The translations under genes and the position numbers were made by a program. This document shows, in pieces, positions 46,382 through 56,897 of a stretch of 64,000 bases of DNA (within the stretch, counting starts at the first letter, position 1; each line of letters opens with the position of its first letter). The stretch comes from a virus: positions 1-64,000 of the IMG/VR virus record IMGVR_UViG_3300042894_004766, one strand, 5' to 3'. The notes under the pieces are model-generated. The model did no database searches, was not told where the DNA came from, and saw only the letters and a list, made by a program, of their open reading frames with translations.

Positions 46382-47479
46382 TTATTTTAAACCATGTATT
46401 TTAGGAATTGAAAGTGAAGGTTCTAAATCAATTTCTAAATCAAATTTTAAATAATCTTCTCCTTTTCTAATAGTTATATAACATTTCTCATCACCATGAT
46501 ATACACCACCATCTACTTCAAATCCTGGAAATAAATCTTCAAGCTCATCTTTGATGTCTCTAAGTATTTTTTCTGGGTAAATTTCACCCCACTTCACCGC
46601 ATTTTCAAAATTTTCTTCACTATCATAACCAAACATTTGATAATGACTACCATCTATACAATCATGTGGGAACAAATCATTTAATTGTTTTTTCTTTTCT
46701 TCTAAATCGGGTAACTCATAATCCGCATCTATATTAAGTGCTTCATTTGTAAATGATTCAAACTTTTTTAAATATTTCATAGTTTTAAAGCTCTCTACTA
46801 CTTGTCCTACTGATTTTTCGATAACTTCCTTACTTGTTGTTGTAAAGTAGTAACCAAGTTTTTGAAAATCATTTCTGTTTGCAACAGAAGCACCATTTTG
46901 TCCTGGAAACGCTGTAATTACAGAAAGAACTGTTTTATCACCTACTTTGCCAAGCTTGGCACCAATAAAACTAAGAAAAGTAGTTTTCTCACCTTCACCT
47001 TCTTTTACTTTTATACTAAACTCATTTCCTCTAGAATCCTTATATTTATATAAATTCATAGATTTAAACTCATCACTATTTGGATCTGATTTATGTAAAT
47101 TTTCTATACCTACTGGTATTTTAGAGTCTAATCCAAGCCATTTAAACTTTTCTGCTTCATCCGGGTTTGTTACTTTTGTCTCATTTGGTCCAAATCCTTT
47201 AGTCATATCAGTTGGTTTATTATTAGATACTAAGGAAACTATTGCTTTTTTCAAGTCAACTCCTTTTTCAAATTTAGATCCAGGTATTGTTTCGTCAACA
47301 TGTGACTCAGTTATATGTGTAAGATCATCTAGAAGTAGAATAAAATCTCCGGCCTCAAAAACACTTTCTTTAGTGGCAGTTACCTTACCTTTAAGAAATT
47401 GATTTGCATCAACCATTTGTTGTATTTCTGAATAGATATTATCTTCAAGTGATTCATTAAATTTTTGTAAATGTTTCAT
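46382..47479 (-). CDS. Hypothetical protein with N-terminal and internal MK.L.KF.ES-type motifs
   Basis: MKHLQKFNES and VVESFKTMKYLKKFESFTNEA. Confidence 0.7.
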   Translation of the reverse strand: MKHLQKFNESLEDNIYSEIQQMVDANQFLKGKVTATKESVFEAGDFILLLDDLTHITESHVDETIPGSKFEKGVDLKKAIVSLVSNNKPTDMTKGFGPNETKVTNPDEAEKFKWLGLDSKIPVGIENLHKSDPNSDEFKSMNLYKYKDSRGNEFSIKVKEGEGEKTTFLSFIGAKLGKVGDKTVLSVITAFPGQNGASVANRNDFQKLGYYFTTTSKEVIEKSVGQVVESFKTMKYLKKFESFTNEALNIDADYELPDLEEKKKQLNDLFPHDCIDGSHYQMFGYDSEENFENAVKWGEIYPEKILRDIKDELEDLFPGFEVDGGVYHGDEKCYITIRKGEDYLKFDLEIDLEPSLSIPKIHGLK

Positions 47480-47526
47480 AGATTTCTTTTTTTTTATTAT
47501 TCTATATATTTAGCTAGAAAAATCAT

Positions 47527-49674
47527 TTATTTACCATTACTATTAAACCAATTTATACCAGTTGTATTAGAATCGGTAACTGTTTTATTTCTATTTAAAA
47601 TCTTTCTTCTAACATTCAGTAATTGTGTATAATCAACAGTTTCTGTAAATTCAAGATTTCTTAGGCAATCTTCAACATAAATCTTAAATATGGGATCCTT
47701 TTGTAAAGTATCTTCAACCATCTCTTTAAAATCATTTTTTACAAAAGCAGATGTTGCATTTACAATAGTCATCACACAGTCATCATGTCCAACATCTGCT
47801 GCATATCTTGTATTACCTGCAGTTGTTGTATGTTTAACAAATGTTGTAATCTCTCTAACAGTTTCCTCATTATTTATAGAAAATCCTTTAGAAATCATTA
47901 AATCTTGATAATCTTTAACCATCATATTCTTATTCTCACCTACTTTTAATCCAACTTTTTCTTCGGTTGCATCTGCTCTATGTTTGTATCTAAGGAAAAT
48001 AGATGATCCATAATGATTATTACCATCAAATACGTGAGGTAACTCAGCAAGTAAAGTATTTCCGTAGTTATTTAACTCTAAAACTATCTTAACATTATCT
48101 GGGTTTAAATATTCAAATGCTAAAATATAAAGTAATTCTGCCAATTGTTTAACTGAAACTAAATTACTTCTATATAAACCAATCTGTTCTAATCTAAAGA
48201 AATCGGTAACCGATTTATAAGCTAATCTTTGTGATTCAATCGTATCCATATCTTTTTTAGATATTTTAAATATGTTTATGATTGAGTAATCCTGTCCTAA
48301 ACCTTCTGCAATATCGACTGATAATATAATTTTCTCATTTTTTCTATTTATAGGCATGAATATTTCATCATCATCAATCCATTTCAAATCTCGATAACTA
48401 AATCGTAACTTATTTTCAAATTCAAATATCTCTTCAAATTTATAATTTTTCTTATTATTTAAAAGACTATCAATTATTGCCTCATTTAATAATGACTTAC
48501 TTGAGTTGATAAATCTTAGACCATATTCTTGATTGAAAGCATCCTCACCACCAATATCTTTTACTGCTTCTTCTTTCCAAGTTGTCATCTCACCAATTGC
48601 TCTTAAAGGAACTTCAAATCCTTTTGAATCAATAAATGTTAAGTTTTTAACATCCTCATCTGTACATCTCTCATTATTAAATACAGAGATGATGTCTTTT
48701 TGAAAATCTGAGTTGAATCCCATATGAGTTTTTGTTATATCCTCAGGATATGTTTCTCTAATACCACTAAATATTTGTTCTTTTGTTACACCATGTTCAT
48801 ATAATCTATGATCATTTAATCTCAAATAAGTAACAAATCTTCCTGGTACTTGATGCCAGTAAACACGCATCGGTTTGTAGTTATTTTTAAGTGGATCACC
48901 TTCAGGTCTTTCTGCATCTGTTAACAACTTATGGAATAAGTTCATACCATTTGGTGTCGATGTAATAATAATCTTTGAATTTTGTACTGCTGATACGGTT
49001 GGATAAGCAGCGGTATAGTATGGTTCGATAATATTTGAAGGAATATGTGCGAACTCATCAAGATAAAGTACGTCAATGGTAAAACCGATTGCCGGTGTTT
49101 TAGATCTCGCAGATGTTTTTATTCTACATCCGTTTTCAAATGTTAGTGACTTTTGATTCCAAGTTTTAATACCCGGTTTTAAAAAGAATGGTAATAACGA
49201 GTAGATAGATTTAATCTTATCTACAATCTCAACTGCGGTATCTCCTTTATTGGCAACAATCATTATATTTTTATCATTACTAAATAGAATTGTATGCAAC
49301 ATGAAAATTGATGCTGAGATTGTTTTACCAACCTGACGAGAAGCCATTAAAATATTGAATCTACTATTTACAAAATTATCTAATATTTCTTTTTGATACT
49401 CTCTTAATTTAATTTGACCTACTGATCCATCTTCTGTCTTTACTCTACAATATTGTTCTGTAAAGTAATGCACATCTAACGCACATTTGATGTATTCTTC
49501 TTGTTCTTCAGGTGACATTCTAAAAGATACACCTGCTCTTCTTAATCCTACTTCAGATTTTAACCAAGGATTTTGGTATCTTTTGATGACGATACCGTCA
49601 TTTATTTTATCTGTTGATTCATCTACCAGCTTCGTGGTAAAGATCATTTGTTTCTCTATTATTTCTTTTGCCAT
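47527..49674 (-). CDS. terL: Terminase large subunit (T4 gp17-like)
   Basis: LREYQ, ASRQVGKT, LYLDEFAH, ITSTPNG, VDIAEGLGQDYS, HDDCVM. Confidence 0.95.
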   Translation of the reverse strand: MAKEIIEKQMIFTTKLVDESTDKINDGIVIKRYQNPWLKSEVGLRRAGVSFRMSPEEQEEYIKCALDVHYFTEQYCRVKTEDGSVGQIKLREYQKEILDNFVNSRFNILMASRQVGKTISASIFMLHTILFSNDKNIMIVANKGDTAVEIVDKIKSIYSLLPFFLKPGIKTWNQKSLTFENGCRIKTSARSKTPAIGFTIDVLYLDEFAHIPSNIIEPYYTAAYPTVSAVQNSKIIITSTPNGMNLFHKLLTDAERPEGDPLKNNYKPMRVYWHQVPGRFVTYLRLNDHRLYEHGVTKEQIFSGIRETYPEDITKTHMGFNSDFQKDIISVFNNERCTDEDVKNLTFIDSKGFEVPLRAIGEMTTWKEEAVKDIGGEDAFNQEYGLRFINSSKSLLNEAIIDSLLNNKKNYKFEEIFEFENKLRFSYRDLKWIDDDEIFMPINRKNEKIILSVDIAEGLGQDYSIINIFKISKKDMDTIESQRLAYKSVTDFFRLEQIGLYRSNLVSVKQLAELLYILAFEYLNPDNVKIVLELNNYGNTLLAELPHVFDGNNHYGSSIFLRYKHRADATEEKVGLKVGENKNMMVKDYQDLMISKGFSINNEETVREITTFVKHTTTAGNTRYAADVGHDDCVMTIVNATSAFVKNDFKEMVEDTLQKDPIFKIYVEDCLRNLEFTETVDYTQLLNVRRKILNRNKTVTDSNTTGINWFNSNGK

Positions 49675-49722
49675 AATTGGACTTTAACTTTTTTTATATA
49701 TATTGTAAAAAACCGTTTACTT

Positions 49723-50346
49723 ATGTCAAAAAGTGAAGAACAAAGAATTAGACTACAAGATGAATTCGATCAAATCCAGTCAGAAAACTCGGAATTCGAC
49801 ATTTCTCTACACTTAGCAAAGCCAGAAGATTTACCTGATTTAGGTGAAATTGAGATATATGATTATGATGCTGATTTAACTGTAGCTACACAACAATCGA
49901 TGGATGTATTAGAATCTTTGGTTGATTTATATTTAAGTGATATACCAAAATTAAAAGAGCATTCTTATATAAGAAATAAGATGAGAGAAGATGCTATGGT
50001 TTACGCTGAAGCAATTTTCTTATCAAAAATGACTAGAAAAAACTTCTTATCTCAACTGAGACAAGTTGATAATGGTGATAACGCTGCAAGAATGCATGAA
50101 GTTGTCAATCAAACAATTGGTCAGATTAGAGAGAATGGTAAGTTTTTATCAAATCAAAGAACTGAATTAGAGAAGTTCTATAAAACATTAAGAAAAGACT
50201 TAGGTTATAATGAAATAGAAAATCCTGAAGTTAAACAAGCTGAGGCAGAAAGTCAAGCAGATACATCTTCAGAGGGATTGATTACTAATAATCGAGATCT
50301 AAATGATTTGATTAAAAATGCGATGACTAAAAGAGATGAGAAATAA
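49723..50346 (+). CDS. Probable terminase small subunit (gp16-like)
   Basis: ARMHEVV..TI resembles the gp16 PR.YEV segment; divergent from terL. Confidence 0.55.
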   Translation: MSKSEEQRIRLQDEFDQIQSENSEFDISLHLAKPEDLPDLGEIEIYDYDADLTVATQQSMDVLESLVDLYLSDIPKLKEHSYIRNKMREDAMVYAEAIFLSKMTRKNFLSQLRQVDNGDNAARMHEVVNQTIGQIRENGKFLSNQRTELEKFYKTLRKDLGYNEIENPEVKQAEAESQADTSSEGLITNNRDLNDLIKNAMTKRDEK

Positions 50347-50380
50347 AAAAAGACTAACATAGGTTAGTCTTTTTCGTTTA

Positions 50381-51172
50381 TTAAAGCTTAGTAAGCCATA
50401 TCACTGGGTCTATACCACTTAATACATAAAAACTCATTCTTCTATTACCACCAACAATATACCATTTTCCTTCAATTTCAATTGCCGATGTTATTGGCAT
50501 TTTACCACCTTTCCTTATTTGTTCTTCAAAGAATAAATAAGATTTACCATAGTAGTCAAAGTAATGAACCGCGTCATTGTAGTCTTTTTTATTGATGTCA
50601 GGGTACTTACTAAATAAGCCAGTAGTATTAAATTTATCTTCTGCACCTTTTTCTTTCAAGAAAGTCATAGTGTTATCATAAGCTTTTGATAATCTTTGAT
50701 ACTCACTGGCATCTTTTATGAAATTTGAAAATTCACCTCTACCTATTGATTGTGAATCATCCGCTAACTTTTGAATTGTTGTTTTATCTAATTGAACTTT
50801 CTGACCTTTCCAAAATACCTTCTTACAAAATTTAATAAAATCGTAATAAGGTTTTGCATCTACCTTTTTGTCACTAACTGTCAACTCTTTCATTGATAGA
50901 ATTTCGTCTGCAGTTGGTCCAATCTTTGAAGTATCTGTGTGTTTGCCATTTATATCATCTACTTGTGTTTCAAACTCTTTAGGTTCATCAAGATTGAAGA
51001 TAGATTTATCTATAGTAAATTTCTCACCATCGACAATCAATTCACTTGGTAGTTGTTTTAACTCTTTAAAGATTCTAAACATTTCTTTGATCTCAAGTTC
51101 GGCTTCTCCCCAATTTACTTTAGTTTCTTTACTAACAAACTCTTCGTATAATTTTAAATACTTCATAATCAT
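50381..51172 (-). CDS. Hypothetical protein, possible ParB-like C-terminus; MKYLKLYEEF motif
   Basis: WYIVGGNRRM. Confidence 0.55.
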   Translation of the reverse strand: MIMKYLKLYEEFVSKETKVNWGEAELEIKEMFRIFKELKQLPSELIVDGEKFTIDKSIFNLDEPKEFETQVDDINGKHTDTSKIGPTADEILSMKELTVSDKKVDAKPYYDFIKFCKKVFWKGQKVQLDKTTIQKLADDSQSIGRGEFSNFIKDASEYQRLSKAYDNTMTFLKEKGAEDKFNTTGLFSKYPDINKKDYNDAVHYFDYYGKSYLFFEEQIRKGGKMPITSAIEIEGKWYIVGGNRRMSFYVLSGIDPVIWLTKL

Positions 51173-52017
51173 TTTTTATAATTAAAATTTTCAAAGGTTC
51201 TTACAATCTTATAAAGATTTAATTCTACTTTTGTTGTAATAAATGTATTTACTTTATTAAATGTAACTTGATTTATAATCAATTCACATTCTTCCATTTT
51301 AAGTACCTCTTTTACTTTCTCTTTTACTTCATCATCACTATTCTTTACTAGAAATTGAAGTACATCATTGATTCCTTTTGCTAACTTAATAGTATTGGTG
51401 TCATCATCATATAAAGAAACTTGATCATATTTAGTTATTTCTTCTTCTGTAAACTTCGTATCCGCGGTCTTTAATCCAATTATATGTTGGAGTACCAATC
51501 TTACTTTTTTGTGTACTATATCGTCTCTATCTCTGTTATAGAATGTTTCTGATATGAAGTAGAAGTTCTTTATTTTTAAACCAAAATCTAATAGTTTTTC
51601 TTCTAATTTTTCAATTAGTGATTCATAACTTCTTTTAGAATTTTTAGAACAAATAACATAAATATCATCTTGACTATTTTTAAGATGTCTAATATTTTCT
51701 AAATGGATTGTAAAGTCACCATTTTCAATAATATCTTTATTCATAAACTCTTGCATTGAGAAAGAAAGTTCTGATATATTTACATTATTATTTTTAGATT
51801 TAATTTTAATCTTATTAAAAAGTTCTTCACTTAGCCAATAAGTTTGTCCATCTATATTAAAGTTTATATTATCCTTTTTATAAACACCTTTTCTTAAAAG
51901 ATTAAATTCAGACTTTGATATTCTTATCAAAGGTTTATTAGGAGTTCGGGTATTTACTATCCAAACTTTACTATTCATTGTTATTAGACTATTAAGGTCA
52001 AAGAAGTGTGCGTTCAT
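51169..52017 (-). CDS. Degenerate HAD-like protein
   Basis: HFFDLNSL ... LYDDD. Confidence 0.5.
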   Translation of the reverse strand: MNAHFFDLNSLITMNSKVWIVNTRTPNKPLIRISKSEFNLLRKGVYKKDNINFNIDGQTYWLSEELFNKIKIKSKNNNVNISELSFSMQEFMNKDIIENGDFTIHLENIRHLKNSQDDIYVICSKNSKRSYESLIEKLEEKLLDFGLKIKNFYFISETFYNRDRDDIVHKKVRLVLQHIIGLKTADTKFTEEEITKYDQVSLYDDDTNTIKLAKGINDVLQFLVKNSDDEVKEKVKEVLKMEECELIINQVTFNKVNTFITTKVELNLYKIVRTFENFNYKK

Positions 52018-52068
52018 AGTACTATATATAAATAAAAAAACCTATCTTTTATGATAGGTTTTTATTTT

Positions 52069-52524
52069 TTATCTTAATAATTTTCTACTTAGTGCAAAGT
52101 CATATAGAACAGGTAAGTTTAAATATTCTATAAAGTGTTTTCTCATATCTTCTAATGTTTTAGATCTTTTTATAATACTTATAACTAATAATCCAAATTC
52201 TTCTTGAAAATCTAAGTAACAATCACACCAAGGTCTATTATAATTCTCTAGTGTTTTCCACTCTCTCTCACCACCTGTTAGCCAATATAAACTTTTTTCT
52301 GGTGATATATTATCAATATTCATTTCTTTAATATCAGTTTTCCAAACTTCATCACTTGCATCGCAATTTCTTAGTAATAATGAAACTGCTTCCCCTAAAT
52401 CTGTTGTCAACTCTTTACCTATTTCGAAGAACCATTCATTTCCTTCCCTGCTAATTATTATTGTATTGTTATCATAAATGATTTTAGTTCCAATTTCTTT
52501 CAGTAAAGTCTTTTTCTTTCTCAT
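52069..52524 (-). CDS. Hypothetical protein
   Basis: 151-aa ORF. Confidence 0.65.
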   Translation of the reverse strand: MRKKKTLLKEIGTKIIYDNNTIIISREGNEWFFEIGKELTTDLGEAVSLLLRNCDASDEVWKTDIKEMNIDNISPEKSLYWLTGGEREWKTLENYNRPWCDCYLDFQEEFGLLVISIIKRSKTLEDMRKHFIEYLNLPVLYDFALSRKLLR

Positions 52525-52543
52525 AGTTAGTAATTATTTTTAT

Positions 52544-52834
52544 CTAGATAGGTTTATTCAACCCACTCTTCCAAGTTCCTTTAAAAAATCCATCTTCCCA
52601 AATGCCGTTTTCCCATGTTCCATGAAAAGCACCATTCTTGAATATCCCGTATTTCCAATCTCCATATTTAAAAATTCCTTCATGCCAAATTAAGGTTTCT
52701 TTCTTAATTTCTATAATAGCATTCTCTACTTCAGAATCAATTAGCCAATTGAATCCAAGTTCTTTTAATTTCTTTAAAATTTCTGATTTTGTTGTGATAG
52801 ATTTATCACTATATTTAAGTTCTATAATTCCCAT
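52544..52834 (-). CDS. Protein with (W/F)xxG pentapeptide-like repeats
   Basis: WHEGIFKYGDWKYGIFKNGAFHGTWENGIWEDG. Confidence 0.65.
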   Translation of the reverse strand: MGIIELKYSDKSITTKSEILKKLKELGFNWLIDSEVENAIIEIKKETLIWHEGIFKYGDWKYGIFKNGAFHGTWENGIWEDGFFKGTWKSGLNKPI

Positions 52835-52976
52835 TCTAAAAATAATCTTTTTACAAGTATATATATTTTTTGACACCTGACATTCTTTTTCACTTTATCT
52901 AATTTTTCCTCAAAAATGAAGATTTGGATTTGAAAAAAATAAAAAATAAAAAAAAACCAAGATTACTCTCGGTTTT

Positions 52977-53474
52977 TTATAATATTTTTATAAGAAAAGT
53001 TACTTCTTCAACTTCATCATTATCTGATAATTCTTCAAACTCTTCTATTGATAATTTTTCTTCTTTTATTCTAACTAACATTTTAACTTTATCATAAGTT
53101 TTCTCAACTAATTGTGATGTTAAAAGAATATATTCTTTAACTTCTGATATTTTAAAACTTTCTTTTTCTGTTCTACTAATATTTACTCTAAATATAGTCT
53201 TATACTTACCTGTTACCAATTCACCTTCTTTATTTACATACGTATCATTTTCACTAAATCCTACTTTGATATTAAATCTATCATCATCCGATGAATAAAT
53301 TACTTCATTCTTAATTAGTTTTGACAAGTCTGCTTTTGGAAATTCATCTGGTAAACTAGGTTTTAGCTCAAATAAAATATTGATTAGTTCGATAACTTCG
53401 TGTGTATCTAAGTCTTCGGGTTTAGTATATTTTATTTTACCTGAGAAATTCTCATATGTTTTTAAGTTTTTCAT
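52977..53474 (-). CDS. Hypothetical protein with MKNLKTYENF N-terminal motif
   Basis: ORF. Confidence 0.7.
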   Translation of the reverse strand: MKNLKTYENFSGKIKYTKPEDLDTHEVIELINILFELKPSLPDEFPKADLSKLIKNEVIYSSDDDRFNIKVGFSENDTYVNKEGELVTGKYKTIFRVNISRTEKESFKISEVKEYILLTSQLVEKTYDKVKMLVRIKEEKLSIEEFEELSDNDEVEEVTFLIKIL

Positions 53475-53519
53475 ATGAGTATATATAAAAAAAACCAGGT
53501 TATTTACCTGGTTTTAATA

Positions 53520-54074
53520 TTATTTTTTTGACTTCATCAATCTATCAACTTCTGCGTAATCTTTTCTATCTAACGCATCATCAATCAATGATTGAAAGTC
53601 TTTTTTTCTTAATTTTGATAAGTCTTCTGTAATAAGAACATCGTTATTTTCACTTTGTTTATTTCTTAAAGACTCAATATATCTATCGAAACTAGGCATT
53701 CTGATGTCATAACCTTTTTCTAGAAAATATAAGTAAGCATTTATTGATCTTTCATTTTTTGGTACTTTTGGTACTTTTACTGGCTTCATATTTTTTAATC
53801 TATCATAGATTTTTTTAGTAACTGGTGAGAACTTACTAAAAACCATGAATTGTGGGTCATGTAATTTATTGGTATATTTACACATTAGTTGTTCTTCCAT
53901 GCCAATAACTTCGCCTGTATCAGTTGCGATATACAATTTATTAGAACCTGTATTTTTATCACTTACTAATACTTCAAATCCCCAAGAATAGGTTTCTGCA
54001 ATACTAAAAATTTGTCTTAAATCCATTGTCTTTAGATTTATACAAATTACCTTATCAATATTAAAATCTGCCAT
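53520..54074 (-). CDS. Hypothetical protein with IDEAL/UVR-like C-terminus
   Basis: LIDDALDRKDY; start reassigned after a TATCTTTG promoter. Confidence 0.6.
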   Translation of the reverse strand: MADFNIDKVICINLKTMDLRQIFSIAETYSWGFEVLVSDKNTGSNKLYIATDTGEVIGMEEQLMCKYTNKLHDPQFMVFSKFSPVTKKIYDRLKNMKPVKVPKVPKNERSINAYLYFLEKGYDIRMPSFDRYIESLRNKQSENNDVLITEDLSKLRKKDFQSLIDDALDRKDYAEVDRLMKSKK

Positions 54075-54170
54075 AGTTATTTTTATTTTAACAAAGATAA
54101 AGATAATATTTAAAATATCCAAAAATGATACTTATTATTTTATATATATACTAAAAATTTTTTATCAATA

Positions 54171-56897
54171 ATGAGATATTTAAACAAAAGAGAAGATTTC
54201 TTAAAGAAGAAACAACATATACAAGGAGTTCCATATGAAACATTATTAGAGGTGGCCTCAAATGCTGGTCCATTTGCAAATGATGTAGGTTGGAATGACT
54301 CTTTATTAGGTCGTTTAATAAATCATGTTATTAGAAAAGCAAGAATTGCTGCAAAGGTTCCAAGAATAAAAAGTTTAATTAGTCAATTAAAAGATGAGTT
54401 TGAACAAATTGTAGGACAAGCTAAAATTTATAGTTTATCCTCAGAGGATCAACAATTAGTAATTCAAATAGAACTAGATGTATTCTTTAAAGAATTAATA
54501 TATGCGGTTGAAAATAATTTCAAAGTTGGTATTCTAAAAGGATTGACTGATGGTTGTATTAAAAGAGTTACTGATATGGCAGAGTTTGATAAAAAAGCAG
54601 TTCTTTTAGAAGAATTGAAGAAATTTAGAGAGTTTTTAGATCAATTTAAAGATGATCAGGGTTCAAATGATGACGAAGAGGATAAAGAGGATGATAAAGA
54701 TTCTACTGATAAATCTACTGATAAATCTACTGATACTGGTGCCGCTGGTACTGGATATGTTACGATGGTTAAAAATTTAAAAGCACTTGCTTTAATTTTG
54801 GCTAACTATACAAAGGTCAATACTAAAGTATCAACCTCTACAAAAACTGGTAAACCAATAAGTACATATATTACTGTTGCGGGAGATACTTTGGTTAAGA
54901 TCCAAAATAACCCTAAAATAAACCCTAATAAATTAGATACGGTTACAATTAGAAGTAAAAATCCTGGCAAATTAGATAAGTATAAACAGGATAATATTAC
55001 TATGGCTGCAGGTATTACACTTGTTATGGAGGCAACTGTAGATACAATTGGAACAGGTGGGTCTGCAAACAGAGGAACTGTAGTTGCAGGTGAAGATCAT
55101 TTAACTCAAGCATTCAATAAATTGAAAAAAGATATTGAAGTTTTAATTTCTACAAAAGAAAAGGGAATTGGTGTTGATTATAAATTTATCAATGATATTG
55201 CTACAAATTCAAATAATACTAGTAATAAAGAACTTATAAAAAATCTTTATAATGAGATAAATAGATATTTGGTTGGTGATAAAAAAGCAACAATACAAGA
55301 AAAGGATAAACTTTATACTGAGGGTATTGAAGTATTAAATGATAAGAATAAAATTGTAGTTGTTGCTGAGAAAATTGCAAGATTTTCTAAAAGAGCTCTT
55401 CAATTTGAGAAAGAGAATTTATATGGTGGTTTAGGTGATCTAAAAGTTCCATTACAAACGTTTGTAACAACATTGAGAGAAATAAATAAATTACCTATAG
55501 TTACTGCTAAAAAAGAGTCTTTATTTGATTACTATTCATTCTTAGAAGCTAAAAATATTTTAGATAATCAAGGTGGTGGACAAGCAGCACCAAGTGGTGA
55601 TGATAATAAACCTACAACTACTGGAACTGCATCACAGACACAAGGAAAGGATGATAATAAAGATAACGTTGATGACGTTTCTGCAAAAATATTAGAGTTT
55701 TTTAATAAGACTTGTATTGAAGTAAGAGCTTATACTGTTTCTGATGAAGAAAGAAAGTCTATACAAACTAAAATAGATCAAGTAAAAACAGAAGATGGTA
55801 AAAAAATAGAGATGACAATAGATCCAATTATTGCAATTATGAATTTATTCATTAAAGCGTATAAGATTTATACTGTTAAAACTATTACTAAGAGAACAGA
55901 GGCCGTTGATACAAATACATTATCTGAATATACATCATTTGGTCAATCAGGTGAAGATGGTGGTAAAACAGGTCCTTATAGAAATAACAAATTATTTGAT
56001 ATGTGGGAAGAAGCGGTAAATAATATAAGAAAAGACCGTAAGTACCAAGCAATCTTTACTGATAATGCAAATTTAAGATTACCGAAAGTAACAGATCCAG
56101 ATCCTGCTAACCCAGAAGATTGGACTATTAAGCCTAAAGCAGGTGCGTCATTTAGAAAATTTATCAATGATGTTTTAGATGGTGATACATTATATAAAAA
56201 CGCTTCTACAACAGGTGCGGTTGCTACATTTATTGAGAAATATTTTGGTGATGGTACTGTTAGTGAAGGTAAAGCTGGAACTGATATTGATTCTGCGGCG
56301 TTAGTAGAATGTGGTGAAAATGCTACAGCTATTGCAGCAAATTCAGTTAAATTAGAATTAAAAAAACAAAGTACCATTACACCGGATAAAAATATATTCT
56401 TTACGATAGAGGGTATGAGACCTAAAGATGCTTCAAAACCTGATGTTTTTGATGAATCAGTACAAAGAACATTCTTTATAGATCAAATTACTGCTAGCGA
56501 AGTTTGGCTTATTGGTACAACATATTTGAAAAGATTTAATCCTTATTTAGATTCTTTGGAACCAAAACATGAAATTAGTCAAGGTGATTTTTCAAAAAAC
56601 TTAACTAATGATACAAGAGGTGAACTTTATTACACTAAAATAACTGTTGAAGATTTTAAGAAATTAAAATCTAATCAGAAGTTAAGTATGACTACACAAG
56701 ATACAAAGGGCGCTTTATCTGAAGTGAATAATATACAGATAACAAATGTTTATACACTTAATAAAGTAGATGATGGTGAACTATATAAACTATCTGATGA
56801 ACAAAGAACTAAGTTTAATGGAATTCTTAATAAAGCAGGAATAAAAAGTGATATAAAGGCAGCCATTGTAACGGGTGCTAAAATAAACACAATATAA
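54171..56897 (+). CDS. Large putative virion protein with a LysM-like segment
   Basis: 908 aa; YITVAGDTLVKI; adjacent to tail genes. Confidence 0.6.
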   Translation: MRYLNKREDFLKKKQHIQGVPYETLLEVASNAGPFANDVGWNDSLLGRLINHVIRKARIAAKVPRIKSLISQLKDEFEQIVGQAKIYSLSSEDQQLVIQIELDVFFKELIYAVENNFKVGILKGLTDGCIKRVTDMAEFDKKAVLLEELKKFREFLDQFKDDQGSNDDEEDKEDDKDSTDKSTDKSTDTGAAGTGYVTMVKNLKALALILANYTKVNTKVSTSTKTGKPISTYITVAGDTLVKIQNNPKINPNKLDTVTIRSKNPGKLDKYKQDNITMAAGITLVMEATVDTIGTGGSANRGTVVAGEDHLTQAFNKLKKDIEVLISTKEKGIGVDYKFINDIATNSNNTSNKELIKNLYNEINRYLVGDKKATIQEKDKLYTEGIEVLNDKNKIVVVAEKIARFSKRALQFEKENLYGGLGDLKVPLQTFVTTLREINKLPIVTAKKESLFDYYSFLEAKNILDNQGGGQAAPSGDDNKPTTTGTASQTQGKDDNKDNVDDVSAKILEFFNKTCIEVRAYTVSDEERKSIQTKIDQVKTEDGKKIEMTIDPIIAIMNLFIKAYKIYTVKTITKRTEAVDTNTLSEYTSFGQSGEDGGKTGPYRNNKLFDMWEEAVNNIRKDRKYQAIFTDNANLRLPKVTDPDPANPEDWTIKPKAGASFRKFINDVLDGDTLYKNASTTGAVATFIEKYFGDGTVSEGKAGTDIDSAALVECGENATAIAANSVKLELKKQSTITPDKNIFFTIEGMRPKDASKPDVFDESVQRTFFIDQITASEVWLIGTTYLKRFNPYLDSLEPKHEISQGDFSKNLTNDTRGELYYTKITVEDFKKLKSNQKLSMTTQDTKGALSEVNNIQITNVYTLNKVDDGELYKLSDEQRTKFNGILNKAGIKSDIKAAIVTGAKINTI

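Noticed and set aside
48580-48837. Intein in terminase
   Set aside because: No Cys/Ser N-terminus or His-Asn C-terminus, and too short.
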